Shown here: positions 37,446-56,518 of the stretch, piece by piece
Layout of the letters: each line of letters starts with the position of its first letter
How positions within the stretch are numbered: the stretch's first letter is position 1
Source of the DNA: Chrysomallon squamiferum
Lineage: Eukaryota; Animalia; Mollusca
NCBI GenBank assembly: GCA_012295275.1
Contig: CM022665.1
Location: forward strand, 39,556,001 to 39,620,000
DNA length: 64,000 nt
Reading direction: 5' to 3'
Made by a program: the position numbers and the translations under genes
The notes under the pieces: model-generated
Told to the model about the DNA's origin: nothing
Seen by the model: only the letters and a program-made list of their open reading frames with translations
Database searches by the model: none

Positions 37446-38406
37446 TAGGCCAGTTGTTTTAATGGTGGAGTTTGCTAATTATTTCGTCAAACACACAGTT
37501 AGTGCGTTCATTAACTTCAACTTCAACGAGTAATCAAGGTTCCAGATTTGATTGTCTCAAACAAAACAGTTTAAAATTGATTTATATGATTTGGTTTAGT
37601 GAGGCACATACTATATGTATGATGTTACTAATCTATGTACAATTTGGAAGATAACAAAATAACTGTCATAATTATTTAAATAATTAATAAAAATGATAAG
37701 AAAAATAAAAAATAAAAATTAAATAAAATAAAAATTAAATAAAAATTGAAAGAAGTTAAAATATATCGGAAATAAAATAAAGGTATCCTAGTTAAAAAAA
37801 AAAAAAAAAAAAGATAAAATAAAATAAAATAAAATACAAAATGTATTTATTTTGTTTATAAAAAATGTGGATGAGAAACGAATAACATTAATAAATAAAT
37901 AATTCATAAATATTATGAATTTCTCCGTTTTCAGCAGTTTTCTTAATAACTAACAAAAATAAGTAAATGATAGCAATAATAATGAAAAATAATGTAGACT
38001 TCCCTTACAGACAATTAAATATATTAACAACATCACACGTAACAACTCTGACACTATCAATCAACTAAAGTCGACGCGAAACTGATAACAGTAATTTTGT
38101 CAAATTTATATTTGGCAGACATCACGACCAAAATATGAAAAACTTTCCTTAGGTTTGCCAATATTTTTTTTTTAATTTAGATTGATGTTCTTTTCAAAGC
38201 TGCTATTACGGTTAATTCACTTAATGATGTTTCGCCTCCCTCGAAGTAAAAAGCAAAATGTGCGTGTGAGTGTAATCCGGGTTTCTTTTCTGTGAATTTA
38301 TTAAGAAAGTATTAAATGTTTCTGATGTTAAAACTGATTTTTATCATTTGTATTTTATTTTATTTCATTTTACTTTATTTTATTTTTTTAATATATATAT
38401 ATATAT

Positions 38407-38495
<89 letters not shown>

Positions 38496-39641
38496 GGTTT
38501 CTATGAGAAGTCAATCAAACTTATTCAGTGAATGACACGATCAAAGATATCAAAATGTAGAGAAAAATATGACAGACAAATCTTTTTGAAATCTGTGAAA
38601 TGTTTCTGATGCTAAGGTGGATTTATTATCATTACTAATTTCTTTTTCTTTTTTTTTTCACTAGTAGTTAATAAAATCTATTCCCTGAATATGAAAAAGT
38701 AGAGGGAAAAATTAAAAAACCCCAATACAATTCATTTTTGAATAAAAACGTTTGGGGATATATATATATATATATAAGTATATATATAAAATGAAAAAGT
38801 TAATAAAGTAAAAGGAAAAACAATCACACACACATACACAAAATTAATTAAATTAAAATAAATAAAATAAAGATAATAAATCAAATTAAATTAAAAACAA
38901 AATATATAAACAAAAATATGGTTTAAAATTTGAGTTTGGGTTTGAGTAACTTTCTGAAGTGCGGTGAATTTGATTTAAAATCGCCAGGTTTACAGAGCAA
39001 TTTTCAGATAAGCAAATGTAAATAACGGGTATGACCTAGGCATGTACTTATATGTGCCCCCCTCCCCCGCAGGCAAAAAAAAAAAAAAAAAAACGGCAGA
39101 AAAAAGTAATAAAAGATTCTAAATAGATTTATTAACACCATTATTTTAATTAGTTTTAAGATTTTTATTATGTATGTATGTATGTATGTATTTATTTTTA
39201 TTTATTTATAAATGCTGACGTTATATTTGAATAAATACAATGAAGTTTGGAAATCATTTGTGGATTTTTGGTCATTTATTTTTTTCTTTGTATATTGCTT
39301 GTTCAAAAATAGAACATTTAATTAAAGTGAATTTTATTTGATAGGATAAACAGAGCAGTAATTCATGTATTAAATATCTCTTTCATAAAAATAAATAAAA
39401 TACTTGAAAATAAAAAAAGGTTAAAAAGTGATATAAAGTAAAATGACTAAAACTCAAAATAGAATATAATATTAATAATAATAATAAGAAGAAGAAGAAT
39501 AATAATAACGATAATTAAAATTAAAATCAAAATTAAAATTAAAATAAACAGATATAAAAGATGTTTATTTTATCACTAATGTGGGTACAGCTACCTGAAA
39601 CATTACACATATCTGACATAAAATAGCTTGCAAAAAAAAAG

Positions 39642-39676
<35 letters not shown>

Positions 39677-41339
39677 ATAGTGGACAACAACAACAACAAA
39701 AATAATAATAAGAATAATTAAAACAAAAAAATAAATAAATAAATAAATAAAGATTATAAAAGATTAATAAATAAATCAATAGTATTTATACTATTTAGGC
39801 ATAAGTAAACTTACCCATAATCGAATTTCGGATGGACGAATGTTTACCAAATACATGCTGAAATACAAAGGTAAAAATACGTAACAATTTTGACTGTTGT
39901 TTTTTCCTAGTCAGTCAAGAGTAAACGATGACATTGTAAATCCAGTCTCATAGTACTATCAAATATAGAACATATATAAGTATATATAATAAATATAGAA
40001 CATACTCTCCATTACCCATTATTTAATTATAAAATTTTATTTTATTATTATTATTATATTTAAATTCGAAAGACAACGATAAATACTCAAGTTTATATTT
40101 ACTTCGGGTTAAAGTATATATTTAATCATATAGCCTGAGTTTATTGTTTTTATTTATTACTGGCGGCCGATCATTGTTTGTAATAAATAATAACAAAAAT
40201 ATAAATTATGTGTAGATTCATGGAAATTGATTTATTGTTTTTGTTATTATATCATTACATACACACACAGATTTTCCAAAAATAAAATTAAAAATTAAAA
40301 AATTAAAAAGTTAAAAAGTTAAAAAAAGAAATTAATTTTTTTTATAATAATTAAAAAAAAAAAAAAAAAAAAAAATTAGAATGCAGCGATTAAATAAACC
40401 ATTTTCGTCGTTCTATCGGGATATTTTCTTTTTCATTATTAATATTTTCTTTTCTCTGTTTGCAGTGACATTAGTGGGAAGTAAAAAACGTCATGTGTTA
40501 TGGATACTCAAAAAGATTCAATATTATTTTGACATTTTATTATTATCAAAGGCGGGCCATCGGAATAAAATAAAACAACAATAAATTAGTACTAACAATG
40601 GTACATTTTAAAGATAAGTTTTTTTTATTGGGATATTTGGAAACCTCCCAAAAATCATACCTGCCAAAACAATCATAGTTTAAAATAACAAAGTTCAAGG
40701 TTGGGTGCACGCACCCACTGTGTCATGTTACACACAGTAATGATATGATACTTGAAATAAATGTTAACAAGTCCCTGTAGACGATTGTAAGAATTTGATA
40801 TGTTATTGTGATCAGCCATAACAGTAATTAAAGTTTACAGTTGTTTTGTCTTGTTGATTTAATTAGTTTTATTCATTAACTTCTAAACGCCTTTTTCCGA
40901 GCAAACGGAGAAATGATTGCAACACATAATGAAAACATAGTCTCATTAGTTCACCAGATATATTTGCAAGTCCCTGTGGAAAATTGTAAAAAAATTCAGA
41001 TTTTATTACGACTAGCTATAAAAAAAAAAATATATATATATATATATATAATAATAAAATTTATATTTCTCTAAACTTATTCTCCAAGCAACTGTAGAAA
41101 TAATTTAAAATTTACAGAGTACATGACCAACGTACTTTCACTAAACATCTCATCATCTTATTCTGTTCTGGAGCAGTCCAGTTAAGCATAGCCCAGTATT
41201 TTATCTGACTGCCTCTCTGACTGTATATGATTACTGACACGTATGACTAAAGAGCACGAACCGGATATTTAGTTTCACTTTACGTATCATTTATTAGTGA
41301 CTTTCCGCTTGCTATTAAGACAAAAACGGCGATGAAAAT

Positions 41340-41375
<36 letters not shown>

Positions 41376-42351
41376 TATATATATGCCCATCTAAAATATT
41401 AAAACAGAAATTCTCATCAATAGTTATGCACAATTTATTCTGGCAGTTGGCTGGTTATTATTATTTAAGAAAAAGAGAAAATGAAACAAAATTTTTAATT
41501 TTTAAAATTAATTTCACTAGAAAAAAGCAGTGCTAACGGCCGCTCGGGGCACGCGCGATCTATTATTATTTTTTTTTTTTTTCTTTCAGAAATGGCGAAC
41601 TCCCAACCTCAAAATGCTACGCTAATTTACTCTATGTTTAAAAGTAGAATGAAATCAAATATCAATTTATTTTGTTAGGGGAATTTCGGTATAAAGATGT
41701 AAGTGAAAATGCGAAAATAAAGCGAAACAGAGAAATAGATAAAAATGACAACTGAATGTTGAAAAAAAAGAAGAAAAATTGGTAGAAAACGAAAACGGTT
41801 GATAACGCTGTATAGATTATTTAAATGGAATATTTATACCTAAATTCTTTCACATTCTGCCTTGTATTGACAAATAATTTCCCTGTTTATTGTTTAATAG
41901 CCATTTGAAGTTAAACGGTATTGTCCGATCATACAAAATCTCCCAGGAACGATAACTCTATATGGTCGTCTGCATAAAAATAATAGAAAAATTATATATT
42001 CACGTAAGACAACTCTTACTCTAATGTTCATAAATTAAGTGAAACAGGCCAAAAACATAATATTGTTAAATCAACCTCTATGGAGGTCATTATAAGGGGA
42101 AACACATTAATGAAAAGACCATGCACATTTGATAAAGATATCTCTTGAAATAAGTTGTGACTTAAGGTTGACTTTTAAAAAAAAAAAATTTTTTTTATTT
42201 TTTTTAAAACTTTAAAATCACTACATTCGGAGTGTGGATTTTTGACAAATTTGAAATGCAGTATTTTTGTGAATTTTTTTCAGTTTTTTATTCATCATCT
42301 GAGATTGAATTGTTCGATTAGTATAAAGCGTATCTTTATTTGACTACAACA

Positions 42352-42429
<78 letters not shown>

Positions 42430-44969
42430 GTGCGTTGGCATTGTTACAGAAAGAAAAATAATGGATCTATATATATATATAAATAATAAAAAAAAAAAAA
42501 AAAATAATAATAATAAAATAAGTGTTGCAGTTCGAAGAGTTACTTCCCTTCATCCACTACCAGCTTTTTATGAGATTTGCAGAAAATACTTTTATGTTCA
42601 TTTTCAGTTTTTAATTTCACAACCAAGTTGTGACAGGTTACAAATTTACAAATTTACAAATAATAGCACTACATCTACTAGACCACTATCAAACTTTATG
42701 TAATGCAACTTTTGGGGGATATTTTTCATACCGATTCATACTGAATTGAGAAAAAAAAAATAATAATTAAAAAAAATAAATAAATAAATAAATAAATAAA
42801 AATAAAATAAAAAATAATAAAAATAAATAAATAAAGAAGAAAACTATACAAACCTTGCAGTAGACTGGTAGTAGTCTTCTAAAAATTCTGTTTGTTTTAT
42901 CAGTAGTGACGTAACCGAAATACGTCAGTAACTTGATGTCATTGACCTACCTGTTTTGTCGCGTTAACGCTGTTTAAGTCGGCTGTTTTATTTATATATA
43001 TACATTTATTTATTTATTGTTTAAATAGTCTGTTTTTATTAAAACTGAATATTAAAGTTCCTTTCGACCAGCCCAGTTTGCGGATCCCATGATCCGATTA
43101 AATCCATAGTTCGGCGCCATTTAAAGATTGTGCATCCCGATCGTATATATATTTGGTGCAAAATCAAAATATTTGCACAATTAATTAATTTCTGGCAATA
43201 TATATCTATGAGTAGGACATTACTAAAGAACAATGTTTTTACCATTTTAATTACAACAAAAAGCACTGCGTTATCAATTACGCCAGTGTAAAACAATCAG
43301 GATTCAGGTTTGTAAAATATTATTTATAAACATTAATGTAATTTATATTTCCTATTAATATAACGCCGTTATAGATGCAGTATTAAGTAGTTTTGTTTAA
43401 CTGTAATATTAAACTAGATACGAACATTATCATCATAATTTAAAACCCAAACGTCACACACACACAAAAAAAAAAAAAAAAATAAGAACAAAAATAAAGG
43501 TTTTTCCGAACACGCAGTTTTGTAATTATGCGTCTGCCGACCTTTTTCTCATCTATTTTGTCAACTTTATTCTGGTTCCTCATTGATTTCGTTCTGCAAT
43601 ATTATTTGATCCTTATTTAATGTCATTTGGTTTCCTGTTATCAAACCAGCAACTCCGTTTGTCTAGACCTCGAGTATCCACCATTTCTGAATAATCTATG
43701 TCCTTGCGTCCTACTTAGTTTTGATTTAAAATTCTATTAACACCATACCTCAAATAAACTTTTCAGACAGTTCTTACACCCTAAAATATTCCTGTGTATG
43801 ATTCATTTTCTAAAAATGAAAAGATATTCTTCATTAGACATATTTCATCTGTTTATAAAATAAACAGCATCTGTTTTATTAGATCTATAAATAAACATAA
43901 AATTTTGGGCAAATTCTGCAGAAACTGTTGATGGAAATTCATCTAGTGGAACTAATTATCTAGCATCATATCCTAGTACTCTGTGTGTGTGTGTGTGAAC
44001 GTGCGTGCACGCCTGACCACTTTAGACTATACAAACAAAACAAACAAGAACACAAAATTATGGATTTACATGTTTATGACACAATGAGATCCATGATATA
44101 ATCAAATGTTTTAAAAGAACAGATAAGAAAAATTGTTCAAAAGGCAGAAATAAAATGTACATCTCCATTGGAAACAAGACATTTATCAATGTGAATGATG
44201 ATGATGATCAGAAAATGCTAGAATAAAATGTGGTACAATAGTGTATCAAGTGTCATCAACAATTGCTGTACTGTTCAGTGAAGCAAATGAAAATCTCAAA
44301 CAGTGCAACTAGTTAGTAGAGGAAAAATTATTAATTTGCAAGGGACATCACTAAAATACCAAGATTGAACTGAATTGAATTTGGTTTTAATTTTTTATTT
44401 TTTCACTTACAATAAAATATTTATTATTTTGTGAAATTTATCCAGGATTTATTTTAGACACTTATGGGTTGGGAAAAAAAAAGGTAAAACTAGTAGAAAC
44501 ATTATCTAACTGAATGATATTTCTGTTTGAGATAAAGTTGCGTAGCTTTACGAATAGCCAATGAAAACGTAAATAGTTTACAAATTCATGAACAAAAAGC
44601 ATTATTAAAAAGAAAATTGTAAAATTATATATAAACAAGTGATCAAAATTGAAGTACTTATCCTGGAAACAGAACAAGCAGTAGACATTCCTGTTTTGTC
44701 AGTTGTAATGATACTTAAGCTATAAGCAGACACTGGCTAGAAAGTATTAATGTGGTTTAATACATATAGATACCATACAAATAAAGTGGTTTTCATTAAA
44801 TAAACAAACAAAACAAAAAAATAGAAAAGAAAAGAAGAGCTAGTAATAAAAAGGATATCACTAGTCACTTTCTGTCATCTATCATCATTATAAAAAGAAA
44901 AAAAGAAAAAAAAAAAAAGAAAAAGAAAGAAAGAAAGAAAATGAAAAGAAAGAAAAGAGAAAGATAAAG

Positions 44970-45001
<32 letters not shown>

Positions 45002-45470
45002 GAAAGGAAAAGAAAAAAGAAAAGAAAGGGAAAGAAAATTTGTTACATTTACAACTTAATTTGTTGCTGTAAAAACATCTTTACTTCATGATTTTGAATA
45101 GGTTTTCATTTGGTTCATTTTTAAATTAAACTTTAAAAAATCTTTTTGTTTCTAGCCAGTTCTGAAGTATGAACAATAGCCCAAATCTACAATAAAGACT
45201 TGACAAACTACAATGACTGAAACTGGGCAAAGTACCCATAATTACATTTAATAAAGGGGAAAGAACTCAACCCCCTGTACATGGCCAGAATATATTACAA
45301 AACTGTACATAGTGGTCAATAGTCCTGTAACAGGTATCTGCTGCATGTCCATCTGTGGCTATCTGCAATGCATGATGTTACCATGCACTGTACACATTGA
45401 GCCTGCAGTTTTTTAAACATTGACGAAAAGTAAGACTGAGAAAAAGAAAGACTGACCACACAGTATCATA

Positions 45471-49106
<3,636 letters not shown>

Positions 49107-49319
49107 TGCAGATTAAATGTACACCAGTTCTTTAAAAAATTCAAGAGACACTGCAAACGTTTCCTCTGGTTGTAGCCAGTAGAAATCTAGTTCCTTTCTC
49201 TATAAGGTTTCCAGTTTAAATATATCAAAGAAACCCCTTGCATGAATAAAAAAGCACACAAGTATTTTATATTCCAGAAATCGTTGCTATATTCCTCAGA
49301 ATCGAAAGCGTTAGTATCC

Positions 49320-49735
49320 TTGTCTTAACCGCTACTTCTTGTCGAGATTATAATACGGTTTGTATTTCGGTCATTTGTATGTAGATTGGCGCGTTTGTGG
49401 CTAACGGTGAATTTTCTAACGGATTTTCTGATTGGTTGGCGAGTACCTGCAATGCGACAGTTAGCTCTGCAGCAAAATGTATAGATCTTTTGTTAAAATG
49501 GCGGGGATCGTCAACGTTTATGGAGATACGTTCTAACTGTCGCGTTGCTATTTGATGATGTTGATATTTATTTATACATTAAGGTGGCATAACGTGTAGT
49601 GTGCAAATATATACAGTATATTTTGTAACTGAACCAGAAAAGAAAAAGGGACTGAACGTTACTAATTTGGCGGGATTTTCGTTAACTGTGATAGATTATT
49701 TGACTGGCGAACAGCTGCGGATTTACGCGCTCACT
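49320..49735 (-). promoter_or_regulatory. Putative calmodulin promoter (CpG-rich; CCAAT, E2F-like, YY1-like and Myb-like sites)
   Basis: ATTGG at 49385 and 49431, ttggcgcg 49386, aaaatggcgg 49495, tttggcggga 49666, repeated YAACNG; upstream of the ATG exon. Confidence 0.55.
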
Positions 49736-49855
49736 AATTATAATTTAATTAATTTTTAATCTTGGAATAATTCAAAATTTTATAAATGTTTTTGAAAAAT
49801 TATTAATATTGGGAAAGGTATTGGGAAGACAAACAAACAAACAAACATAAATAAA

Positions 49856-49906
<51 letters not shown>

Positions 49907-50055
49907 TAATAATAAAAACAAACTAGTAGGAGGATCGAATAGCTTAAATGACATGATAAATGAATTTAATTAGTCCATTAATTTGACTTTAATATTATCT
50001 CAAGGGAGCAACAACAATTACAGCTACTACTGCCGTTCATTATTGAGAGAGAGAG

Positions 50056-50103
<48 letters not shown>

Positions 50104-51515
50104 TCAGCAAATCAGAAAGAGAGAGTATCATACTGCGTTTTTATAGTAACCTATCATTGGACAAGTATGCATTCTGGATGACTGTTTTGTACTTCTTGCT
50201 CTGCACCTACAATTTATCTCAGATTACTGAAAAAATTAAAAATTAAAAATTAAAAAATTAAAATAAAATAAAATAAATAAAAAGTGAAAAAAAAAGAAGA
50301 AAAAAAAAAGAGATAAGTTTTACGGGAACGGTTTATTTGCTGTTAGGTTAGGTTTATGTCCTGTGATGTGATATGATATATCATATCACATCGTAACACA
50401 TCACGTCATTTATATATAACACACATCACATATATACATCGTATATCATCATATATCATTATATTGCATTTATTACATTACATTACATTACATATTTAAA
50501 CAGCTGGTTTGTTTAATGTCCCACTTAAGTTTTCATTCATATGTAAAATTCAGTCATTCTGGAACATTTTATTTGAAACAAAACAGGTCTCCATGCTTTG
50601 TATATCATAAGAAGTCGTTTTGCGTTAACTGCACAACGGGTTGGAGAATCCTGAATCATCTACCTCAAAATGGCTATATTAAGTGAAATATGTTTTCGAA
50701 ATTCTTAAATACGGTAACCTGGATATTAATATTGATCCTGGTTGTTAGTTTGCATAAAATTACTGAGAATATCAGTTGTAAGCGTGTACAAATTAAAAAT
50801 TATAAATAAGTTGAATACACATATTAAAATATTTTATCTGCAAATTGTTCGTTGTTCACGTATATGTCGTTCCGGTTCGTTAGCTGTAGAAATACAACCT
50901 AATCTGTTGGTGGTGGAACAGTGAATCAACATGGCTGATCAATTCTGAAACATTTTGATTATTCAGCTACTTAATAATTCCATGCCTGTAATGCCGCATA
51001 TTCCACCAGCTGGGATGTGATACAAGATATTTTACAACCGAAGCAAAACCATTAATCAAGAGAGTATGCATGGTCTGTCTAGAACCTTCTAATGCAATGT
51101 AGCGACTGTAGTGAGTGAAAAGTGAATTTGCCTTGATGTAAGAAATCAGACTGATAATTAAAAAACAACAACAACAAAAAAAGAACAAAACAATAAGAAA
51201 CAAAATAATAAATATATGTGTGAGTAGAGCGCGCGCGCACACACACACACACAAACACACACAGACAGACATATGCCTATAGACCGAAGTCTAATGGTTT
51301 GCAGCAGTGTGGCAATGAGTCAGGATAAAGCGTGTTAAAAGCAAGGAAAATATATTTGAATGTTAAAACAAGATCTAACAAAGCCAAATTAGCCTGTTTC
51401 TGCTGGCAAGTTTCGTTATAAACACACAAAATATTTTTATTATAATCACTTTGCAGCTCATTCCTAAGTTCATGATGCAACAAAACTCATTGTTAAAGCA
51501 TAGATATATCTTTAA

Positions 51516-51551
<36 letters not shown>

Positions 51552-51768
51552 GGTTGTTTCGACGCATGTTGAATGTTTTAGGCTTTTTGATTACTACTAC
51601 TATTAATAATGATGATGATGATGATGATAATAAAAGTGATAATGAATGAATGAGTAAACAATAATAAAAAGGTTTTTTTTTAAAATCTAGATATACAGGT
51701 ATGCAGACTGGCTCTACCTTTGCTATATTTTATTCTTCAGATCGGAGAAATGGAAAATAGCTTTCTTT

Positions 51769-51801
<33 letters not shown>

Positions 51802-53330
51802 TAATAAAAAAATAAATATATAACAAAATAAATAAATAGAAATAATAATAATAATAAAAAAAATATATATATTAAAAACATAAAATAATAATAATAAAAA
51901 ATAAAATACTGAAAGATATGTAATAACTCTTCCATACAAATGAAGGAATGAATATATACCAATTAACCATCGATTGCCTAATTTCTTAACACCATACATA
52001 TTTGTAGGTACACATTAATTTGATTAGCAGCACGGCTCAAAATATCTTTCCAAATACTCTTTCATTGACTCGGTTTTCGTTGTGACATCAAATAACGGCC
52101 GCTATCGATTATAATTCTGTATATAATCTTAATTAACAAACGTTGACACAACTAATTATTCCTTTTGAAACCGGCGTTGTGTCGTCTGTCTTTTCTTTTG
52201 TCTGTGTGCTGTTAAATCACGTGCGTAATTATCGCCACATATTCGTTATGTCAGACAGAAGAACAAAAAGATGAAAAATCCATACTGAAGAGAATGTTTT
52301 GTCCACCGTCTGCTTTTGGCTTGGCTTTTGTTTTGGGAAATGCCATCTGTTTGGTTTACGTAACCTTTCCACCCTCTTTTGTTGCACATTAATTAAAACG
52401 CTTGGTGTCGTCGACTCCATGGTTTTGATAATGAGAATGGAAAAAGAAAGTCACTAAATTTTTTTGGGGGGGATTAGAGATGACCAGGTGAGAAAAGAAC
52501 AACATCTGCTACTAACACATACACAAACACATAGGAAAAAGAATCGGGAAAAAAAAAAAAAAAAAAAAGCGAGAGAGATGAGTGAAAGTCACATAGAAAA
52601 TAAAAAAGGCAATATGTGAGAGAAAAGGAGAGAAAGATGAATAAAAGACGTAAAAAGAATTTAAAAAAAGACGAGAGAGAGAGAGAGAATTTCCCAAATT
52701 AAAAAAAATAAACAACAAACAAACAAACACCACCATCAGCACCACCACCAATCACCAGCAACAACAACGACAACAGAATCCGCAAATACGACACTTGGTT
52801 ACAAATCAACCCCTTAAGTCAAAAGCCGTTCCTTCATAAATTCTAATCAATGAACTGAAGACGTCAGTAAGACTGTAAGTCTGACTAAGTTTACTGATAA
52901 GGTTTTGGATCAATAGGATCAAGTGGTGTCCATTATCAAAGTTGTTCGTCTGCCTCTTCATCCCGAACTGTCTTTTTCTATTATGACAAGACTCGGTTAA
53001 ACTCGACAAGACTCGGTCAGTGTCGGATCTAGGAATGGGTTGTCTTGTGCAAATCCATACTGGAGATGGTAGGCTTGAATTTAGGAGAGTGCTTTTATTT
53101 TATTTTAGTATTTTTTATTTTTTATTTTGTTAATTAATATTAAACAGACAGAGAGACAGACAGATATACAGACAGACAGATTTATAAATAAATTACTACT
53201 ACTACTGATACTGCTACTACTACTCTTAGCTGCTACTGCAGCGGCTACTATATTACTACTACTACTGTTACTATTTCTACTACAAATAATAATAATAATA
53301 ATAATGATGATGATGATGATGATGATGATG

Positions 53331-53370
<40 letters not shown>

Positions 53371-55041
53371 TAACAACTACAAGAACAACGGCAATAATAA
53401 AAATGACAAATACAATAGTAAAAAAAAAAAATCACTTAAGAAAATTAATTATCATCACTGTCAACAACATCACAATTTTCCCCGTTGTTGACATAAATAA
53501 ACATGTATTTAAAACAATAGATACAGTATAATGTACAATGCATTATGGGCAAGGAAGTTATATATACTTGTACACATAATAATAATAATTACTTTTACTA
53601 TTTTATGTTTATGAAATCCACTACAATTCCACGCGATATTCTCAAAGATTAGCAAGCAAGCAACAACGGCAACAACAACAACAACAACAAAAAAAAAAGT
53701 GAAACAATGAAAAAAAAAATACCCCCCAACCCCCCCCAAAGACAACCACTTGTCCTAGCTCTTTCTAATCTGGTTATGTGAAATATGCCTATTGGCGCGG
53801 ATAACTTGGGAAAGTGAAAGGTCGATTGTTTACTTTAAGAAAATAACCAAAGTAACACAGAAAACGTTTTCGACTGTTCGTCCAAGCAAGTCGTGCTTTG
53901 AAATAACTTGTCCAGACTACCACATTAAACCATTTGCAATTACGAACATCTTTCGATAAACCGAACAATGAATTTTTGTCTGGACTGGGAAAAAAAAACT
54001 AATAAGAGGGTTAACCGTCAATAATCGATCTTTTCTAGTCATCGCAGACGACTCATGTTAGCAGAGAGTATTTTGAAGACTGGCTGAATGAAAAGCCAAG
54101 ATGTGAGTTAACAACAGACGTTTGTACAAGCGTAAGGAATTAATGTGGCTGTTACGGCTAATAAAGTTTTGATATTCAGACTATTATTTGACGACACGCA
54201 CCAGGCAGTTTGTGTGAAGGAGATGCTGGTTCTTTCAGAAGACGTTATGAGTCCATCTGTCTCAAATGAATGGGAGACCACTCTAAGGACGGTTGCCTAC
54301 ACAACTGAAGGTGGCGCTTTTGTTTAAGAAAAGCTGAAGAGAATGCATTATTAACGAGTTTATTCATTAAAGCAATGCCTTTATCGGCTTTTCACTTCAA
54401 GAGAACAGGTTTGTGCTCAGTGGAATAGTTCTAGGTTATTGTTCTTTGGTACACAGAATATACTGTTTAGTTCTTGCCTGAAACGTGTTAAATTCTTATT
54501 TACCTAATGTAATGTGATACATCTTGTCGTTGATTCTGTTTTTCTGACATTCACGTTCCTTATCCCTTCTTCATTTATGCCCCCTGTCCATCTCGATCCC
54601 TCCACATTCCTAACGCTCACTCCCACCCATTCCACGGTCTGTCTCTCACCTATTCCCTTCTACCCCTCCCCCTCTATCCCTTCTGTCTTCCCACACTGTG
54701 TCCGTCTGTCTCTTTCTACCAAACCGATATATGATATTACCCAGCTAATGCTGAAAAAAAATATATATATATATATATATATATCGAATAAAAAAAGAGA
54801 AAAAAAAAAAAAAAATAAAAAAAAAAAAAAAAAACTCAACCAAAAAAGCTAACAACAACAACAAGAACAAAAACCCCTCGAAAGAAACAAACAACAAAAA
54901 CAGACAAACAAACAAAACAACAGCAAAAACCAACAAAAAACCCACAAAACTAGAATAAAGATAAAAACGTATATAATGCTGTTATTTTAATGTCATATAA
55001 CATTACATTTATTGGGTCAAGAGAACCATAATCAGTCACAT

Positions 55042-55113
<72 letters not shown>

Positions 55114-56481
55114 ACACACTCATACACACAAAGAAGCGAGTGCGAGTTATTTAGTCACAGTCAGATACATAAGCGCATCTTACTGGACTTATAATCACAC
55201 ATACAATGCATGTTATTTGGTTGATGGATTTTATGGTGCCACTACATCACAGCTGTAATTATCTCTGGTAAAATAACAGCATGGATTCCCAGTTCTTCAG
55301 CATACTGGATTATTCACACTACGTCGTGCCTGCAGTGAGCGTCAACTACATTATGAAATGCGACTTCGTCTTATATTTCCACCATCACCAGGCTTTGCGA
55401 ATTGAGTCGATGATTTTTGCACACTTTCTACAAACTTCCATATGTATTTGTCTGTCTGTCTGTGTGTCTATCTGTCTGTCCGTCTGTCTGCTTGTCTGTC
55501 TGTCTGTCTGTTTGTCTCTCTTTTAAAAAAATTAGTTTTATTACATCTTTTAATTGTATTGCTGAAAATATCCTGTAGACAGCAATATGAATAAAATAAA
55601 AACAGCAACAAAAACCCATTAACCCCCCAAACCCCTCCAAACAACAACCCACCCCCCAAAAACCCCAAAACAAAACAAACAAATAACAAAACAAAACAAT
55701 AAAGCCCAAACAACAACACCAACAAAAAAAAAAAAAAAAAAGAGGAAAGAAAGAAGCAAAATAAACAAGAAAAGCTCCATAAAAAAAAAAAAAAAAAAAA
55801 GCCGTTCTAAGAACATATCCCACAATTCGTCGTAAATTTTTTTTTCAATTTTTTTTTTTTTTTTTAAATTCTCGATCAGCTGTAATTCACAGTGGTGTGT
55901 TTGGAAAGAACTAGGAATGAAAAGAAAAGAAAAGCGAAGAAGAAGAAGAAGAAGAAGAAGAAGAAGAAGAAGAAGAAAAAAAAAAAAAGAAAAGAAAAGA
56001 AAAAAATTATTTAGCCAGAAAACTGTTTACTGCTTGTATTCTCCAGAGTAAAAACTCTAATAAAATGCAGCTCAGCGGAGACGGAATGTTTTATTTCCAG
56101 GCACTGCAAAATTTTGTGTGCATTATTTTGTTTGTCAGATAATAAAAGAAATCAATGTCTAGAAATCGTAATTCGCGCGTGCAGAATGATTCATTAAGTC
56201 ACGTGATTGAATGTGAAATACTGCGCAGTTTCTTATATTACTTTATCTGTTGAAATACTTGATGGTAATTTTTAAATTTGTTTTTTGATTGCAGAGGAAC
56301 AAATGTTAAAAATGGAAAAGGATAAGTGGGGGGGGGAAGAAAGAAAGAAAGAATTTTTTTTTAATAATAATAATAATAACGATAACAATAATAATAAAAA
56401 AATTAATTTAAAAAAAATAAAGAAATAAAAACAAATAAGAAAGGAAAAGTAAACAAAAAATAGATACCCCACAACAACAAT

Positions 56482-56518
<37 letters not shown>

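Noticed and set aside
50365-50392. Perfect 28-bp palindrome gatgtgatatgatatatcatatcacatc
   Set aside because: Built from a 5-bp simple repeat switching strand; no functional indication.
50931-50948. ATGGCTGATCAA matching the spliced calmodulin start (MADQ), as a retrocopy
   Set aside because: Only a 12-nt match, followed by TTC TGA with no further CaM similarity; chance is likely.
52254-52393. Plus-strand frame beginning TEEQKDE as a calmodulin-like exon, and the overlapping minus ORF 52229-52420
   Set aside because: No EF-hand follows, the acceptor is weak and I recognise no homology.
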